Shown: positions 1 to 9,721, numbered from the stretch's first letter. The stretch: DNA of 64,000 nucleotides from Candidatus Eiseniibacteriota bacterium (GCA_031370785.1 JANMQY010000144.1:32001-96000); one strand, 5' to 3'. A program made the numbers and translations. The notes: generated by a model from the letters alone, not told the origin.

Positions 1-698
1 TTGATCCGGTTGACGTTGAGCACGCCGACGCAGCGCTCCCCGACCATCAGAGGAAGCGAAAGGGCCGAAGTGATGTTCCGGTTCGCCTTGTAGTGCTGCC
101 CGAGCGTCGCGTGCGGCTCTTCATTCAGCAGCACCGCTTCCTGCTGCTCGGCCACCCAGCCAGCGATGCCCTCTCCCATCTTCTTGTGCGCGTTGCGCGC
201 GAACTCGGACTCGAGGCCATACGAGGCACGCGTTTCCAGCTCGCTCGTCTCCGGGTTGTAGATCATGATCGAGGACTGCTGCGCGCGGAGCGTGGAAACG
301 ACCCGGCGCACGATGATCTCGAGAATGACTTCGAGACGAAGCTGCAGGTTCAGCGTGGTCGAGACCTGGAACAGCGCCGACAGCTCGGAGAGACGGGTGC
401 GGACGTCGTCCTTGTCCTTCTCCTCGCGCTCGAGTGCGACGCGCATCCTGTTCAGCTCGCGCTGCTTGAGAGTGGTGTACAGGCAGAAGATCGCGACCAG
501 TCCGGTGAGCGCGGTGAGCGCGTAATACGACTGGACGACGCTCTGTTTGCGCGCCTCGCCCGACATCTCGAGCAGCGGCACGTAGAGCATGAGCACCGCA
601 GCGGTCAATGCTCCGACGACCGCAAAGGTGACTCCCCAGAGCAACCAGCTCCGGCGATTCAGATGGTCCCAGTTATTCGTCTGTCTGGCTGGCTTCAT
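1..698 (-). CDS. Membrane-anchored GAF-domain protein (3' end runs off window)
   Basis: Hand translation from ATG 698 (GGAG upstream): MKPARQTNNW, two TM segments, coiled coil, then GAF motifs GEGIAGWVAE and SALSLPLMVGERCVGVLNV; open to window edge, not in ORF track. Confidence 0.85.
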   Translation of the reverse strand, partial: MKPARQTNNWDHLNRRSWLLWGVTFAVVGALTAAVLMLYVPLLEMSGEARKQSVVQSYYALTALTGLVAIFCLYTTLKQRELNRMRVALEREEKDKDDVRTRLSELSALFQVSTTLNLQLRLEVILEIIVRRVVSTLRAQQSSIMIYNPETSELETRASYGLESEFARNAHKKMGEGIAGWVAEQQEAVLLNEEPHATLGQHYKANRNITSALSLPLMVGERCVGVLNVNRI

Positions 699-784
699 TG
701 GCCCAGGCACTCCATGCCTCGCTTATCAGGGCTAGTCCGACTCGAGCTGGCCCGAAGGTGGTAGCTGCGGTATCGGCCGGTCCG

Positions 785-799
785 TGGCACGCACTTAGC
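785..799 (+). promoter_or_regulatory. Possible sigma54 promoter
   Basis: TGGCACGCACTTAGC has GG-N10-GC spacing, one mismatch (TAGC vs TTGC); competes with an extended -10 at 817-825. Confidence 0.35.
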
Positions 800-832
800 C
801 CGAATTAGCCGTGCGCTGTTACATTTCGTCCC

Positions 833-2881
833 ATGACGCGCGCCCCCCGATTCACCTGGCTCGCCGCGCTGCTTGCCCTTGCCGGGCTTGCCGCCCTCTA
901 CTGGGGGCCACTCGGAACCGGCTTTCTGAATGACGACTTCCTGTTTCTCGAGGAATCCCGCTCCCGGCCGTTGTCCGAGTCTCTCGCCCGCCTGGGGGCA
1001 CTCGGGAACTACTACCGGCCGTTGTCGCGCCAGCTCTACTTTGCCGCGCTCAGCCCGTGGGGCGGCGCTCAACCGCTGGTCTTCCATCTGTTCAACTTCG
1101 CGGTGTTCGCGGGCGCGCTCGTGCTCCTCGCCGATCTGCTGTTCGCGGTGCTGCCCGCCGGCGCCGCGATGTGCGGCCTGCTCTACTTCGCGGTGCTGCC
1201 GCTGCAGCGCGTGGCGCTGCTCTGGGTGTCGTGCAGCCAGGACCTGCTTGCCACAGTTTTCATCCTCGGATCGCTCCTCCTGCACCGTCGCGGCCGCATC
1301 GGAATCGCGGCGCTGTGCACGCTCGCGGCTCTCGCCAGCAAGGAGACGGCATTCGCCCTGCCGGTCGCCCTCATCGCATGGGAGATGTTGGTCCAGCGCT
1401 CGCGGATCTCGACCGCGCTGCGGCGGGCGGCGCCTCACGGTGTGGCAGCGCTGGCGTGGATCGGTGTGCTGATGATCATGCGGGCGCGCGGCGGGCTGAG
1501 CTGGACCTTTCTCGACTTCTCGCCCACTCAGTTCGCCGCGGGAATCGTTCACGGGGTGCAGAGCCTGCTCGGTCTCGACTCCCCCGGCGATTTCCTGGCG
1601 GGGCTCGCCTCGGTGGGTCCGCCGCTGCTGCCGGCGCTGTGCTTCGGCGCGCTCGCGATCTGGCTCCCGGCAGCGGACCGGGGCGAACGCGTCGCCGCAC
1701 CGTCCCGCGCCGCGTCAACCGCGTCCTTGCGCGAGTTCGAACCCACTTCCCGACTCATCGCCTTTGCGCTCGCATGGTTCGCCGCATTCGCCCTGGTCGC
1801 GGGTCCGGTTGCCCACACCTGGAGCTCCTACTACTACTTGCCGGCCGCAATCGGGGGCGCGCTGCTGGTCGGTCTCGCGACGCGGCGCATCGACCGATGG
1901 ATGTGGCTCGGGCTGGTCGCGGCGCTGCTGTGGTGGCACGCCGGTGCGTGCGCCGGGCGCGCGTTCGCGATCCGGGGCGAGCGCTGGGGCTGGACCTCGC
2001 ACCTCACCCCGTTCTACTTCGAGCGCGGTGCCGACCTCACGCGCACGCTGGCCGGAGAACTGAAGCGCATCGAGCCCGCGCCACCGCGCGGAACGCGCTT
2101 CTTCTTCGCCACGCTCCCGCCGTGGGCGGGATTTCAGATGGGCAACGGGGCGCTGATCCGCGCGCTGTACCGCGACCCGAGCCTCGAGTCCTACTTCTAT
2201 TCGGAGTACTCCGACTCGGTCGCCGGCGGCCGGCCGTGCCGCTTCCTGTTCTGGAACGGAATCGCGCTCGAACGGCTCTATCCGCGCCTCGCCGCGCCGT
2301 GGTTCCAGGTGGGGGGCGATCTCATCCTGCTCGGACGCGCCGCGGGGGCGCGCGATGCGTTCCGGCGCGGACTCTCCGAAGGCGGCGACCGCGCCGACCT
2401 GCTCTACTGGCTGGGCTGGACCGAGTTGTGGACGGGGCGACGCGACGCGGGCGAGGCGGCGTGGCGGCAACTGGGCGCGCACGACGATTCGCTGCAATGG
2501 AGCAAGCATCTCCGGCTCGCGCACGATGCGTTGGACGAGAGTGATTCACTGCGCGCGCGCCGCGAGCTGGCTCAGGCGCTGCACCTCGGAATCGGAAGGC
2601 CCGAGGCGCACGCCGTGCTCGGCGAGCTGCTCGTGCCGAACCAGCCCAAGTACGCGATGCTCGAGCTTACGATCGCGGTGTGGCTCAAGCCGAACGACTG
2701 GATCGCGCGACGTGCGCTCGCGCTCGCTCTCGGCAACGCCCACCTGGACCAGAGCGCGGCGCGCGAGCTCGATGCACTCAAGCCGCTGTACCCGGAATGG
2801 CGGGAAGATCCGCTCGTTGCGCAACTCGAGCGCAGGCTGAACGGACCGGACTCGGGCGCGCCCGTGGCGCGGTTCCGATAA
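833..2881 (+). CDS. GT-C-like membrane glycosyltransferase with C-terminal TPR-like region
   Basis: TM1 followed by GFLNDDFLFL and YYRPLSRQLY, about 10 TMs, ASKETA motif, helical C-terminus. Confidence 0.7.
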   Translation: MTRAPRFTWLAALLALAGLAALYWGPLGTGFLNDDFLFLEESRSRPLSESLARLGALGNYYRPLSRQLYFAALSPWGGAQPLVFHLFNFAVFAGALVLLADLLFAVLPAGAAMCGLLYFAVLPLQRVALLWVSCSQDLLATVFILGSLLLHRRGRIGIAALCTLAALASKETAFALPVALIAWEMLVQRSRISTALRRAAPHGVAALAWIGVLMIMRARGGLSWTFLDFSPTQFAAGIVHGVQSLLGLDSPGDFLAGLASVGPPLLPALCFGALAIWLPAADRGERVAAPSRAASTASLREFEPTSRLIAFALAWFAAFALVAGPVAHTWSSYYYLPAAIGGALLVGLATRRIDRWMWLGLVAALLWWHAGACAGRAFAIRGERWGWTSHLTPFYFERGADLTRTLAGELKRIEPAPPRGTRFFFATLPPWAGFQMGNGALIRALYRDPSLESYFYSEYSDSVAGGRPCRFLFWNGIALERLYPRLAAPWFQVGGDLILLGRAAGARDAFRRGLSEGGDRADLLYWLGWTELWTGRRDAGEAAWRQLGAHDDSLQWSKHLRLAHDALDESDSLRARRELAQALHLGIGRPEAHAVLGELLVPNQPKYAMLELTIAVWLKPNDWIARRALALALGNAHLDQSAARELDALKPLYPEWREDPLVAQLERRLNGPDSGAPVARFR

Positions 2882-2895
2882 CGAGAGGAAGCCTC

Positions 2896-3906
2896 ATGCG
2901 ACGCGGACGGGTGGTCATGGAGTGGTTCGAAAGCGCGGTGCTGCGCGGAAATCCGTGCGGCGACCCGCACCTGCGGCGCGTGCCGGTGTATCTGCCGCCC
3001 GCCTACGACTCCGAGCCGGGACGGCGCTTCCCGGTGGTCTACGTGCTGACCGGCTTCACCGGACGCGGCCGCATGCTGCTCAATGACAATGCGTGGTCCC
3101 CGCCGCTCGACGATCGAATGGACGCCCTGATCGCGGCCGGTTGCGGCGAGATGATCCTGGTGATGCCCGATTGCCTGACGCGCTACGGCGGGTCGCAGTA
3201 CCTCAACTCGAGCGCGACCGGACGCTACGAAGACCATCTGCTGCAGGAGCTGGTGCCGTGGGTGGACCGCACGTTTCGAACGCTCCCGGATCGCGATCAT
3301 CGCGGAGTCGCCGGGAAATCGTCCGGCGGCTACGGCGCTATGTTGCACGGCCTCAGACATGCCGACATGTTCGGCGCCGTGGCCTGCCACAGCAGCGACA
3401 TGTACTTCGAGTACTGCTATCGCCCCGATGTCGGAAAGTTCTGCTCGATCGTGCAGGGGGCCGGAGGCCTCGCGCCCTGGCTCGAGGCCTTCGAGCGCAA
3501 ACTGCAGAAGGGTGAGGACGACTTCGTCGCGCTGAACATCCTGGGGATGGCCGCGGCCTACTCGCCGAACCCCGCGACCGCGCCATTCGGCATCGATGTT
3601 CCGTGCAACCTGGAGACCGGCGAGTTCCGCGAGGACGTATGGCAGCGCTGGCTCGCGCTCGACCCGCTGGCCCTGATCGAGCGCCATGCGGACGCGCTTC
3701 GCTCACTAAGCATGCTGTTCTTCGACTGCGGAACCCGGGACGAATGGAATCTCCACCTCGGCGCCCGGATCATGCACCGGCGTCTCGAAGCGCTGGGTGT
3801 CGCTCACACGCATGAGGAATTCGACGACGGGCACATGAATGTGAGCTACCGCTACGACGTGAGCCTTCCGCGGCTGGCTCGCGCACTCGGGGCGGAAAGT
3901 CGCTGA
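2896..3906 (+). CDS. Alpha/beta-hydrolase, putative esterase
   Basis: GAGGA then ATG 2896; VYLPPAYD, GKSSGG nucleophile, CGTRDE, DGH. Confidence 0.85.
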   Translation: MRRGRVVMEWFESAVLRGNPCGDPHLRRVPVYLPPAYDSEPGRRFPVVYVLTGFTGRGRMLLNDNAWSPPLDDRMDALIAAGCGEMILVMPDCLTRYGGSQYLNSSATGRYEDHLLQELVPWVDRTFRTLPDRDHRGVAGKSSGGYGAMLHGLRHADMFGAVACHSSDMYFEYCYRPDVGKFCSIVQGAGGLAPWLEAFERKLQKGEDDFVALNILGMAAAYSPNPATAPFGIDVPCNLETGEFREDVWQRWLALDPLALIERHADALRSLSMLFFDCGTRDEWNLHLGARIMHRRLEALGVAHTHEEFDDGHMNVSYRYDVSLPRLARALGAESR

Positions 3907-4174
3907 TCCGGGCGGGCGGGCCCGCGTCCGAACCCAGAATTCGGGCGTCGAGCCAGCCTTCGACACCGAAACGCTACGACATAGAGAAATAGACTGGCCA
4001 TGATGCGGACAGAGGCTCCCCCGCGCTTGCTCTCGACCCGTGGTCCGGATGACAGCGCTTCCTAATGTTGATGGTTTCTTCGACCTGAACCCGGCTCGGC
4101 GTGGGGCCGGTGACAATCGCCACGAACAGCACCACTAAACGCTTGCAGCAATTGCGAAAACGCAAAGATCTCGA

Positions 4175-4202
4175 TTGATTTTGCGCATGCGCTCTCTATA
4201 CT
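4175..4202 (+). promoter_or_regulatory. Sigma70-type promoter
   Basis: TTGATT-16 nt-TATACT in an AT-richer intergenic region. Confidence 0.55.
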
Positions 4203-4419
4203 TCGAAACGTGATGTCTTGAGCCCGTGAGCTCGATGGAAAACTCTGGATAGCGCTCCGCGCCCCCTCGGAGCATTTTAATTCTCTGGACGTGATGCGTC
4301 TGTCCATTCAGAGACGCTCACCGCGGAAGGCAGGTGAACTTCAGGGCGCTTCCGGCGGCCGCGAGCCGCCAACTCTTGCAACCTCGAGCTCTGCATTCGA
4401 AACCCCCGGGAGGTGGCCG

Positions 4420-5118
4420 ATGAAGCGTAAGGCCTTGCTACTGATTTTTGCAGTACTCGCGTTCGCGGTTCCCGCGCGCGCGGCAGACACACTGCTGTTC
4501 GCATTCACCGGGTACGACTACCAGAATCCAAATTCCGATGCGGTGAATTACCTGGCTCCTGGTGAGGGCTATCACGTGGTCGGGTTCGTTACGAGCTTCG
4601 GCCCCGACCTCGAGTATTACGTCGATCCCGTCAACTTCGAGTACACCGTCTACACGCAGAACCTGGTGGTGGTGGCGTCCACTTATTACGGAACGCTGCT
4701 CGTGGTCGACTTCGGCAACGGCGGGCGCGGACGTTACTACAGCGATCCGATCAGTGGCGGCACCCACGGCCAGTACGGAACTCTGCCGCCGAACGCGACG
4801 TCGCCTTCGACCTTCATCGATGGCAGCGTGCGTCTGGGCGGGGTCATCAACTCGTTCAATCTGACCTACGACTTCGACCCGAGCATCAATGCCGGGCAGT
4901 TCAGCGGCACGATGAATCTGGATGAAGGACCGGATCTGGTTTACGTCCAGCCGCCGCCGCGCCGTAATGGCTGGACCTTCGGTGGTCTCGCGGGTCGGCC
5001 GAACGGCACGATCCCGCCTGGCTATGACAATGCAGTGCAGGGCGAGTGCCGTCTTCCGGCTTCGACGCCGACTGCTCACACGACCTGGGGCGCGATGAAG
5101 GCGCTCTACCGCCGCTAG
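4420..5118 (+). CDS. Secreted beta-rich protein with C-terminal TTWGAMKALYRR tail
   Basis: GGAGG SD, signal peptide MKRKALLLIFAVLAFAVPARA; paralog of next gene. Confidence 0.85.
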   Translation: MKRKALLLIFAVLAFAVPARAADTLLFAFTGYDYQNPNSDAVNYLAPGEGYHVVGFVTSFGPDLEYYVDPVNFEYTVYTQNLVVVASTYYGTLLVVDFGNGGRGRYYSDPISGGTHGQYGTLPPNATSPSTFIDGSVRLGGVINSFNLTYDFDPSINAGQFSGTMNLDEGPDLVYVQPPPRRNGWTFGGLAGRPNGTIPPGYDNAVQGECRLPASTPTAHTTWGAMKALYRR

Positions 5119-5172
5119 CCCTCGACTCCGATCGCGGTGGAACTCACCGCGCCCGCAACGGGAGGAACATCT

Positions 5173-5889
5173 ATGAAGAAGATGATCGGGGTGGCGGTAC
5201 TACTGGGGCTGCTCGCCGCAGGCACTTCCACCACTACATTCGCTCAGCCGGCGTGCGGCACCGGTCAGATCATCGACTGGGATGCCAACGGCTTTTCCTG
5301 GGAAACACCGGCGAACCCGGTGAACAACATTTCGGCTGCAGGCAATTCGCTTCATGCCGTCGCGCTCGTGAGCCTGTTCTGCTCGCCGTTCGCGGATCTG
5401 AATCCGAATGATCCGAGCACCGAGTACACCATCGTGTTCTCGGGACTGACGTCGACCGGCACGACCATTCCGGTGTCGGGTTTCACCACGGTCTGGAACA
5501 CGGACTACGGCAGCGGATTCTTCGACATCTATGCGGGCTCTCCGCGGAACGCGCCGAGCTATCTGTCCATGCCGCCACCCGGCGGAACCGTCCCGGCCAA
5601 CTATCAGGACGGCACGTTGATCCTGACGGGGACGCTCGCCAACTTCCGCACGCAGATCATCAAGACCGGGAACAACCCGGCCAACGGTACGTTCCGCGCG
5701 GACTACACGTTTACCGGCGGTACACTGTACAGCCGGGTCGCGGGTTCGGGCGTTGGACTGCTGCACGGTCTCTGGAACCTCACGGGAGCACCGACGGGCT
5801 ACTCGGCCCATCCGGACGGTGTCTTCGACAATCCGCCGACCGCGGTGCGTCCTTCCACCTGGGGCGCGATCAAGCAGCTATACAAGTAG
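5173..5889 (+). CDS. Secreted beta-rich protein with C-terminal STWGAIKQLYK tail
   Basis: GGAGG SD, signal peptide MKKMIGVAVLLGLLAAG; Thr/Gly/Asn-rich. Confidence 0.85.
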   Translation: MKKMIGVAVLLGLLAAGTSTTTFAQPACGTGQIIDWDANGFSWETPANPVNNISAAGNSLHAVALVSLFCSPFADLNPNDPSTEYTIVFSGLTSTGTTIPVSGFTTVWNTDYGSGFFDIYAGSPRNAPSYLSMPPPGGTVPANYQDGTLILTGTLANFRTQIIKTGNNPANGTFRADYTFTGGTLYSRVAGSGVGLLHGLWNLTGAPTGYSAHPDGVFDNPPTAVRPSTWGAIKQLYK

Positions 5890-5902
5890 TCGCGACCTCG
5901 AT

Positions 5903-5945
5903 CGCCCGGCATGTGCCCCCCCGCGCATGCCGGGCGTTTCGTTTT
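5903..5945 (+). terminator. Rho-independent terminator
   Basis: CGCCCGGCATG / CATGCCGGGCG stem followed by TTTCGTTTT. Confidence 0.8.
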
Positions 5946-5991
5946 CTGCGCGCGTTGGTCCCCCTGTTCTTCCGCCTGTAGACTCTCGCGC

Positions 5992-6395
5992 ATGCCCCAG
6001 GCCGACGTGCGCTTCATTCCCGAGTTCGAGAAGTACGACCCGCGCAGCACCCAGGATCCGCGCTTCTGGTACCGCCCGACCATGGGCCTGCAGCGTCTCG
6101 AGCGCCTGCGCTTCCCGTGATTCGAGCGCCGGCTCCCGCCGCGACCCTGCGCCTGGCCCGCGCGCACGCGCGCCAGCTCGGCCTCTCGATCTGGAAGTGG
6201 GAGTACGTCAGGCGCGACTCCTCGCGCGGCGGCCACGACTTCCATCGCTTCATCGATCCGGAGGATCTCGCGCGCATGCTGCGCCGCCACCGGGCGCGGA
6301 TCACGCACATGAGCGGCATCCGCTGGTCGCCACGACTCGAGTTCCCCCGCAGCACCAGGGTGAGCTACCTCGGGCTCGCGCGCCTCGCCGGCTGA
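5992..6395 (+). pseudogene. Degraded UbiG-like O-methyltransferase
   Basis: N-part FEKYD..FWY..LQRLERLRFP ends at TGA 6118-6120; C-part EYV..GGHDFHRFIDPEDL..VSYL in another frame; no SAM-binding core. Confidence 0.6.
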
Positions 6396-6406
6396 CGACT
6401 CGAGCG

Positions 6407-6757
6407 ATGAGCCTGCGCATTCTCGTCGTCGTGCCCGACCTGTTCTTCCGGACGCGTATCGAATCCACCGCTTCCCGGCTCGGAGCGAGTGCGCAGTACG
6501 CCAGGCTCGAGGCAACGCTCGAGCGCTGCCGGATCGAGCCGCCGGATCGGCTGATTCTCGACCTGCACGCCCCGGGCGATCCGCTCGCAGTCGTGCGCGC
6601 GCTCCGCGCGAACGAAGCCACGCGCGGAATCGAGGTCGTGGGGTTCTACTCGCACGTGGATCAGGATCTGCGGACCGCGGCACTGGAGGCCGGAGTGAAT
6701 CGGGTGATGCCACGCTCGGCGTTCACCAGAAATCTGGCCGAGATTCTCGGGGGTTAG
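6407..6757 (+). CDS. Stand-alone atypical receiver-domain protein
   Basis: RILVVVPD, PDRLILDL, VVGFYSH, AALEAGV; Arg (PRS) in place of the usual Lys. Confidence 0.75.
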   Translation: MSLRILVVVPDLFFRTRIESTASRLGASAQYARLEATLERCRIEPPDRLILDLHAPGDPLAVVRALRANEATRGIEVVGFYSHVDQDLRTAALEAGVNRVMPRSAFTRNLAEILGG

Positions 6758-6835
6758 GGCCGTCTGGTAGGGGCACTGCGATACACGTCCGCTGCTTTCT
6801 CCGCGTCGGGGCGGTGGCTATACTCCCCGCCGTCC

Positions 6836-7042
6836 ATGAAAACAGGCCTGCCCACCCCGAGCGAGCGCGCCATGAACCAGGAAGCTCCAAGAACCTCCGC
6901 GACCATCGAGCGCGTGCGCATCTCGTGCCCGGGGTGCGGACGCAACGACTTCGTCTCGTGGCCGGTGGGTCAGGAGATCTTTCACTGGAAGTGCTTCAAT
7001 TGCGGCAAGCAGTTCGACCTCACCCGCAAGGCCGCGCACTGA
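6836..7042 (+). CDS. Small zinc-ribbon protein (start may be 6872)
   Basis: CPGC...CFNC; TATACT at 6819-6824. Confidence 0.65.
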   Translation: MKTGLPTPSERAMNQEAPRTSATIERVRISCPGCGRNDFVSWPVGQEIFHWKCFNCGKQFDLTRKAAH

Positions 7043-7064
7043 CGAAGTGCGCGAGGAGGTTGCA

Positions 7065-7808
7065 ATGATGCGGCATGCACTCTGCCTCGCACTGTTCCTG
7101 CTGGTTCCGGCGGCTCTGGCCGTAACGCCTTCCTCCGATCCGAAGGCAGTGGCGATTGCCGATCAGGTGATGAAGGGCCTCGGCGGGCGCGAACGCTGGG
7201 ACGCACTCGAAGGACTGCGCTGGTCGTTCGAGTTCGCGGCGAACGACACGATCAGGAGCTCCCGCGCCCATTCGTGGGACAAGCGGACCGGGTGGCACAA
7301 GGTGTCGGGCAAGAACCGCGCGGGAGTGCCGTTCACGTTCATCGAGCAGTTGGACGGGTCGGGCGGGATGGCGTGGATGAACGCGAACTCCATCGAGGGC
7401 GATTCGCTGGGCAAGCTCATGAAGCGCGCGAAATCGCTATGGACGAACGACACCTACTGGATGCTCATGCCCTACAAGCTTCGCGATCCGGGTGTGCACC
7501 TCAAGTACGACGGCGAGGAGAAGGACGGCAATCGGACTTACGACCGGATCGCGCTCGGCTTCGATCACGTGGGCGAGACGCCGGGCGACCAGTACTGGGT
7601 CTCGGTGAACCGCGCCAACCATCGCATCGAGAAATGGACCTACCTGCTTCAGGGGGAGACCGAAAAGGAGAGCTGGACGTGGGAAGGTTGGGAAGAGCAC
7701 GACGGCCTGTGGTTCCCGACCGTGCACAGGAACGGCGCGAACACTCTGTTCACGCGCCACGTCGAGACGGTGCGCGCGTTCCCGGCCGAGGAATTCAGGA
7801 CACCCTGA
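7065..7808 (+). CDS. Secreted conserved protein (DUF6503/LolA-like)
   Basis: GGAGG SD, signal peptide, MGG..W, WTNDTYWMLMPYKLRDPGV, TPGDQYW. Confidence 0.75.
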   Translation: MMRHALCLALFLLVPAALAVTPSSDPKAVAIADQVMKGLGGRERWDALEGLRWSFEFAANDTIRSSRAHSWDKRTGWHKVSGKNRAGVPFTFIEQLDGSGGMAWMNANSIEGDSLGKLMKRAKSLWTNDTYWMLMPYKLRDPGVHLKYDGEEKDGNRTYDRIALGFDHVGETPGDQYWVSVNRANHRIEKWTYLLQGETEKESWTWEGWEEHDGLWFPTVHRNGANTLFTRHVETVRAFPAEEFRTP

Positions 7809-8524
7809 GAGCCACCCCCGGCGAGCCGTCCCCTGAGAGCGGCAGCGATGGCGTCGACCGCATCCGCCGCTATCGCGTCAGCGAAATCTTCCTGTCCCTG
7901 CAGGGCGAGGGCCCCTCGGCCGGCACGCCGGCCCATTTCGTCCGTCTTCAGGGGTGCGACGTGGGCTGCGCATGGTGCGACACCAAGTACTCGTGGGATG
8001 GGTCGCAGGGCCGCGAGCTCGCAGCCGAGGCGCTGTGGGATGAAGCGCGCGCGCTGGGCGAGGCGCCGATGCTCGTGGTCACGGGCGGCGAGCCGCTCGA
8101 GCATCCTGGCATCGCCGCACTGCTCGAGCAGGCCGCATCACGCTGGGGCCGCGTCGAGGTCGAGACCAGCGGCATCGGGCCGCCGCCGCTCGAGCGCGAG
8201 AACCTCTTCTACAACGTCTCGCCCAAGCTGCCCTCGGCCACGCCAGGCTGGGAGCGCACCTGGCAACATGTGGCGGCGTGGAATGCAGAGCAGCACGCCA
8301 CGTTCAAGATCGTGGTCGGTGACGATCCCGACCTGGACGACGCGCTGCGATTGATCCGCGCCCACGAGATCCCCGCCGCGCGTGTCATGCTCATGCCCGA
8401 GGGTCTCACCGAAGAGGCGCTCCGGCGGCGTGCCGCCACGCTCGCCGAGGCGTGCAAGCGTCACGGTCTGCGAATGAGCCCGCGTCTTCACGTGTGGCTG
8501 TGGGGCGCCAGGCGCGGGGTGTGA
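7805..8524 (+). CDS. queE: 7-carboxy-7-deazaguanine synthase (radical SAM); start uncertain, CTG proposed
   Basis: [35 protein letters not shown]; adjacent to queC/queD. Confidence 0.9.
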   Translation: MRATPGEPSPESGSDGVDRIRRYRVSEIFLSLQGEGPSAGTPAHFVRLQGCDVGCAWCDTKYSWDGSQGRELAAEALWDEARALGEAPMLVVTGGEPLEHPGIAALLEQAASRWGRVEVETSGIGPPPLERENLFYNVSPKLPSATPGWERTWQHVAAWNAEQHATFKIVVGDDPDLDDALRLIRAHEIPAARVMLMPEGLTEEALRRRAATLAEACKRHGLRMSPRLHVWLWGARRGV

Positions 8525-9207
8525 TGGCGCGCGCGGTGGTGCTCCTTTCGGGAGGGCTGGACTCGGCCACCTGCCTCGCATGGGCTCGCGGCCAGGGGTT
8601 CGAGTGCACGACGCTCGCGGTGGACTACGGGCAGCGCCATCGTATCGAGCTCGAGGCGGCGCGGCGCGTGGCGGCGGCGCTCGGCTCGCGCGACCACCGC
8701 GAGGTGGCGATCGACCTGCGCGCCACTGGCGGTTCCGCGCTCACGGCCGCGATCCCGGTGCCGCGCGGACGCAGCGTCGAGTCGATGGGCAACGGCATTC
8801 CGATCACGTATGTGCCCGCGCGCAATACCGTGTTCCTCGCCCTTGCGCTCGGGCTCGCCGAGACGCTGGATGCGGTCGACCTGGTGGCCGGGATGAATGC
8901 CATCGATTACTCGGGCTATCCCGACTGCCGTCCGGAGTTCCTGCAGGCGTTCGAAGAGCTTGCCGCCCTGGCGACGCGCGCGGGGGTCGAAGGCGCGCGC
9001 TTTCGCGTCCACGCCCCTCTCATGAAGCTGGACAAGGCGGCGATCATCCGGCTCGGGGTCTCGCTCGGCGTGGACTTCGCACTCACGCACTCGTGCTACG
9101 ATCCGGCGCCGGACGGAGCCGCGTGCGGCGCCTGCGACGCGTGCCTGCTCCGGCGAAAAGGTTTCCGCGAGGCGGACATCGTTGATCCCACACGCTATTC
9201 GGCCTGA
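8524..9207 (+). CDS. queC: 7-cyano-7-deazaguanine synthase
   Basis: SGGLDS, YGQRH, TYVPARN, YPDCR, SCY..CGACDAC. Confidence 0.95.
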   Translation: MARAVVLLSGGLDSATCLAWARGQGFECTTLAVDYGQRHRIELEAARRVAAALGSRDHREVAIDLRATGGSALTAAIPVPRGRSVESMGNGIPITYVPARNTVFLALALGLAETLDAVDLVAGMNAIDYSGYPDCRPEFLQAFEELAALATRAGVEGARFRVHAPLMKLDKAAIIRLGVSLGVDFALTHSCYDPAPDGAACGACDACLLRRKGFREADIVDPTRYSA

Positions 9208-9223
9208 GGCGGAGCCCTGGACC

Positions 9224-9589
9224 ATGCAGGTGGAGCTGATCAGGGAGTACACGTTCGAGGCCGCGCACCGGCTGCCGATGGTGCCGGCGGAGCACAAGTG
9301 CGCGCGCATGCACGGCCACTCGTTCCGGGTTGCGGTGAGCGTGTCCGGAGAGGTGGATCCGCGCACCGGATGGCTGATCGACTTCGGCGACATCACCGCG
9401 GTCGTCGAGCCGCTGCTTCGGCGCGAGCTCGACCATCGCACGTTGAACGACGTGGCCGGTCTCGAGAATCCGACGTCCGAGGCGCTGTGCGGCTGGCTGT
9501 GGGGACGGCTTCGGCCGCATTTCCCGGGGCTTTCCGCGATCACGGTTCACGAGACCTGCACCGCCCGGTGCACCTACCGCGGCCAGTGA
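9224..9589 (+). CDS. queD: 6-carboxytetrahydropterin synthase
   Basis: FEAAHRLP, CARMHGHS, LDH, NPTSE, ET. Confidence 0.95.
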   Translation: MQVELIREYTFEAAHRLPMVPAEHKCARMHGHSFRVAVSVSGEVDPRTGWLIDFGDITAVVEPLLRRELDHRTLNDVAGLENPTSEALCGWLWGRLRPHFPGLSAITVHETCTARCTYRGQ

Positions 9590-9721
9590 ACCCGGGCGTT
9601 TTCGAAGGAGGAGACCGATCGAATCTGCACCGGATGCGCCGCGCATGTATCCAATGAGCCGACGGTCCGGCCTTGCGCATGATCGTTCGTTGAAGAATCA
9701 GCGCCGCCTGGAGTCCAATCA

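Noticed and set aside
6757..7810. preQ1 riboswitch ahead of the que genes
   Set aside because: No hairpin plus A-rich tail signature; queE abuts the upstream CDS
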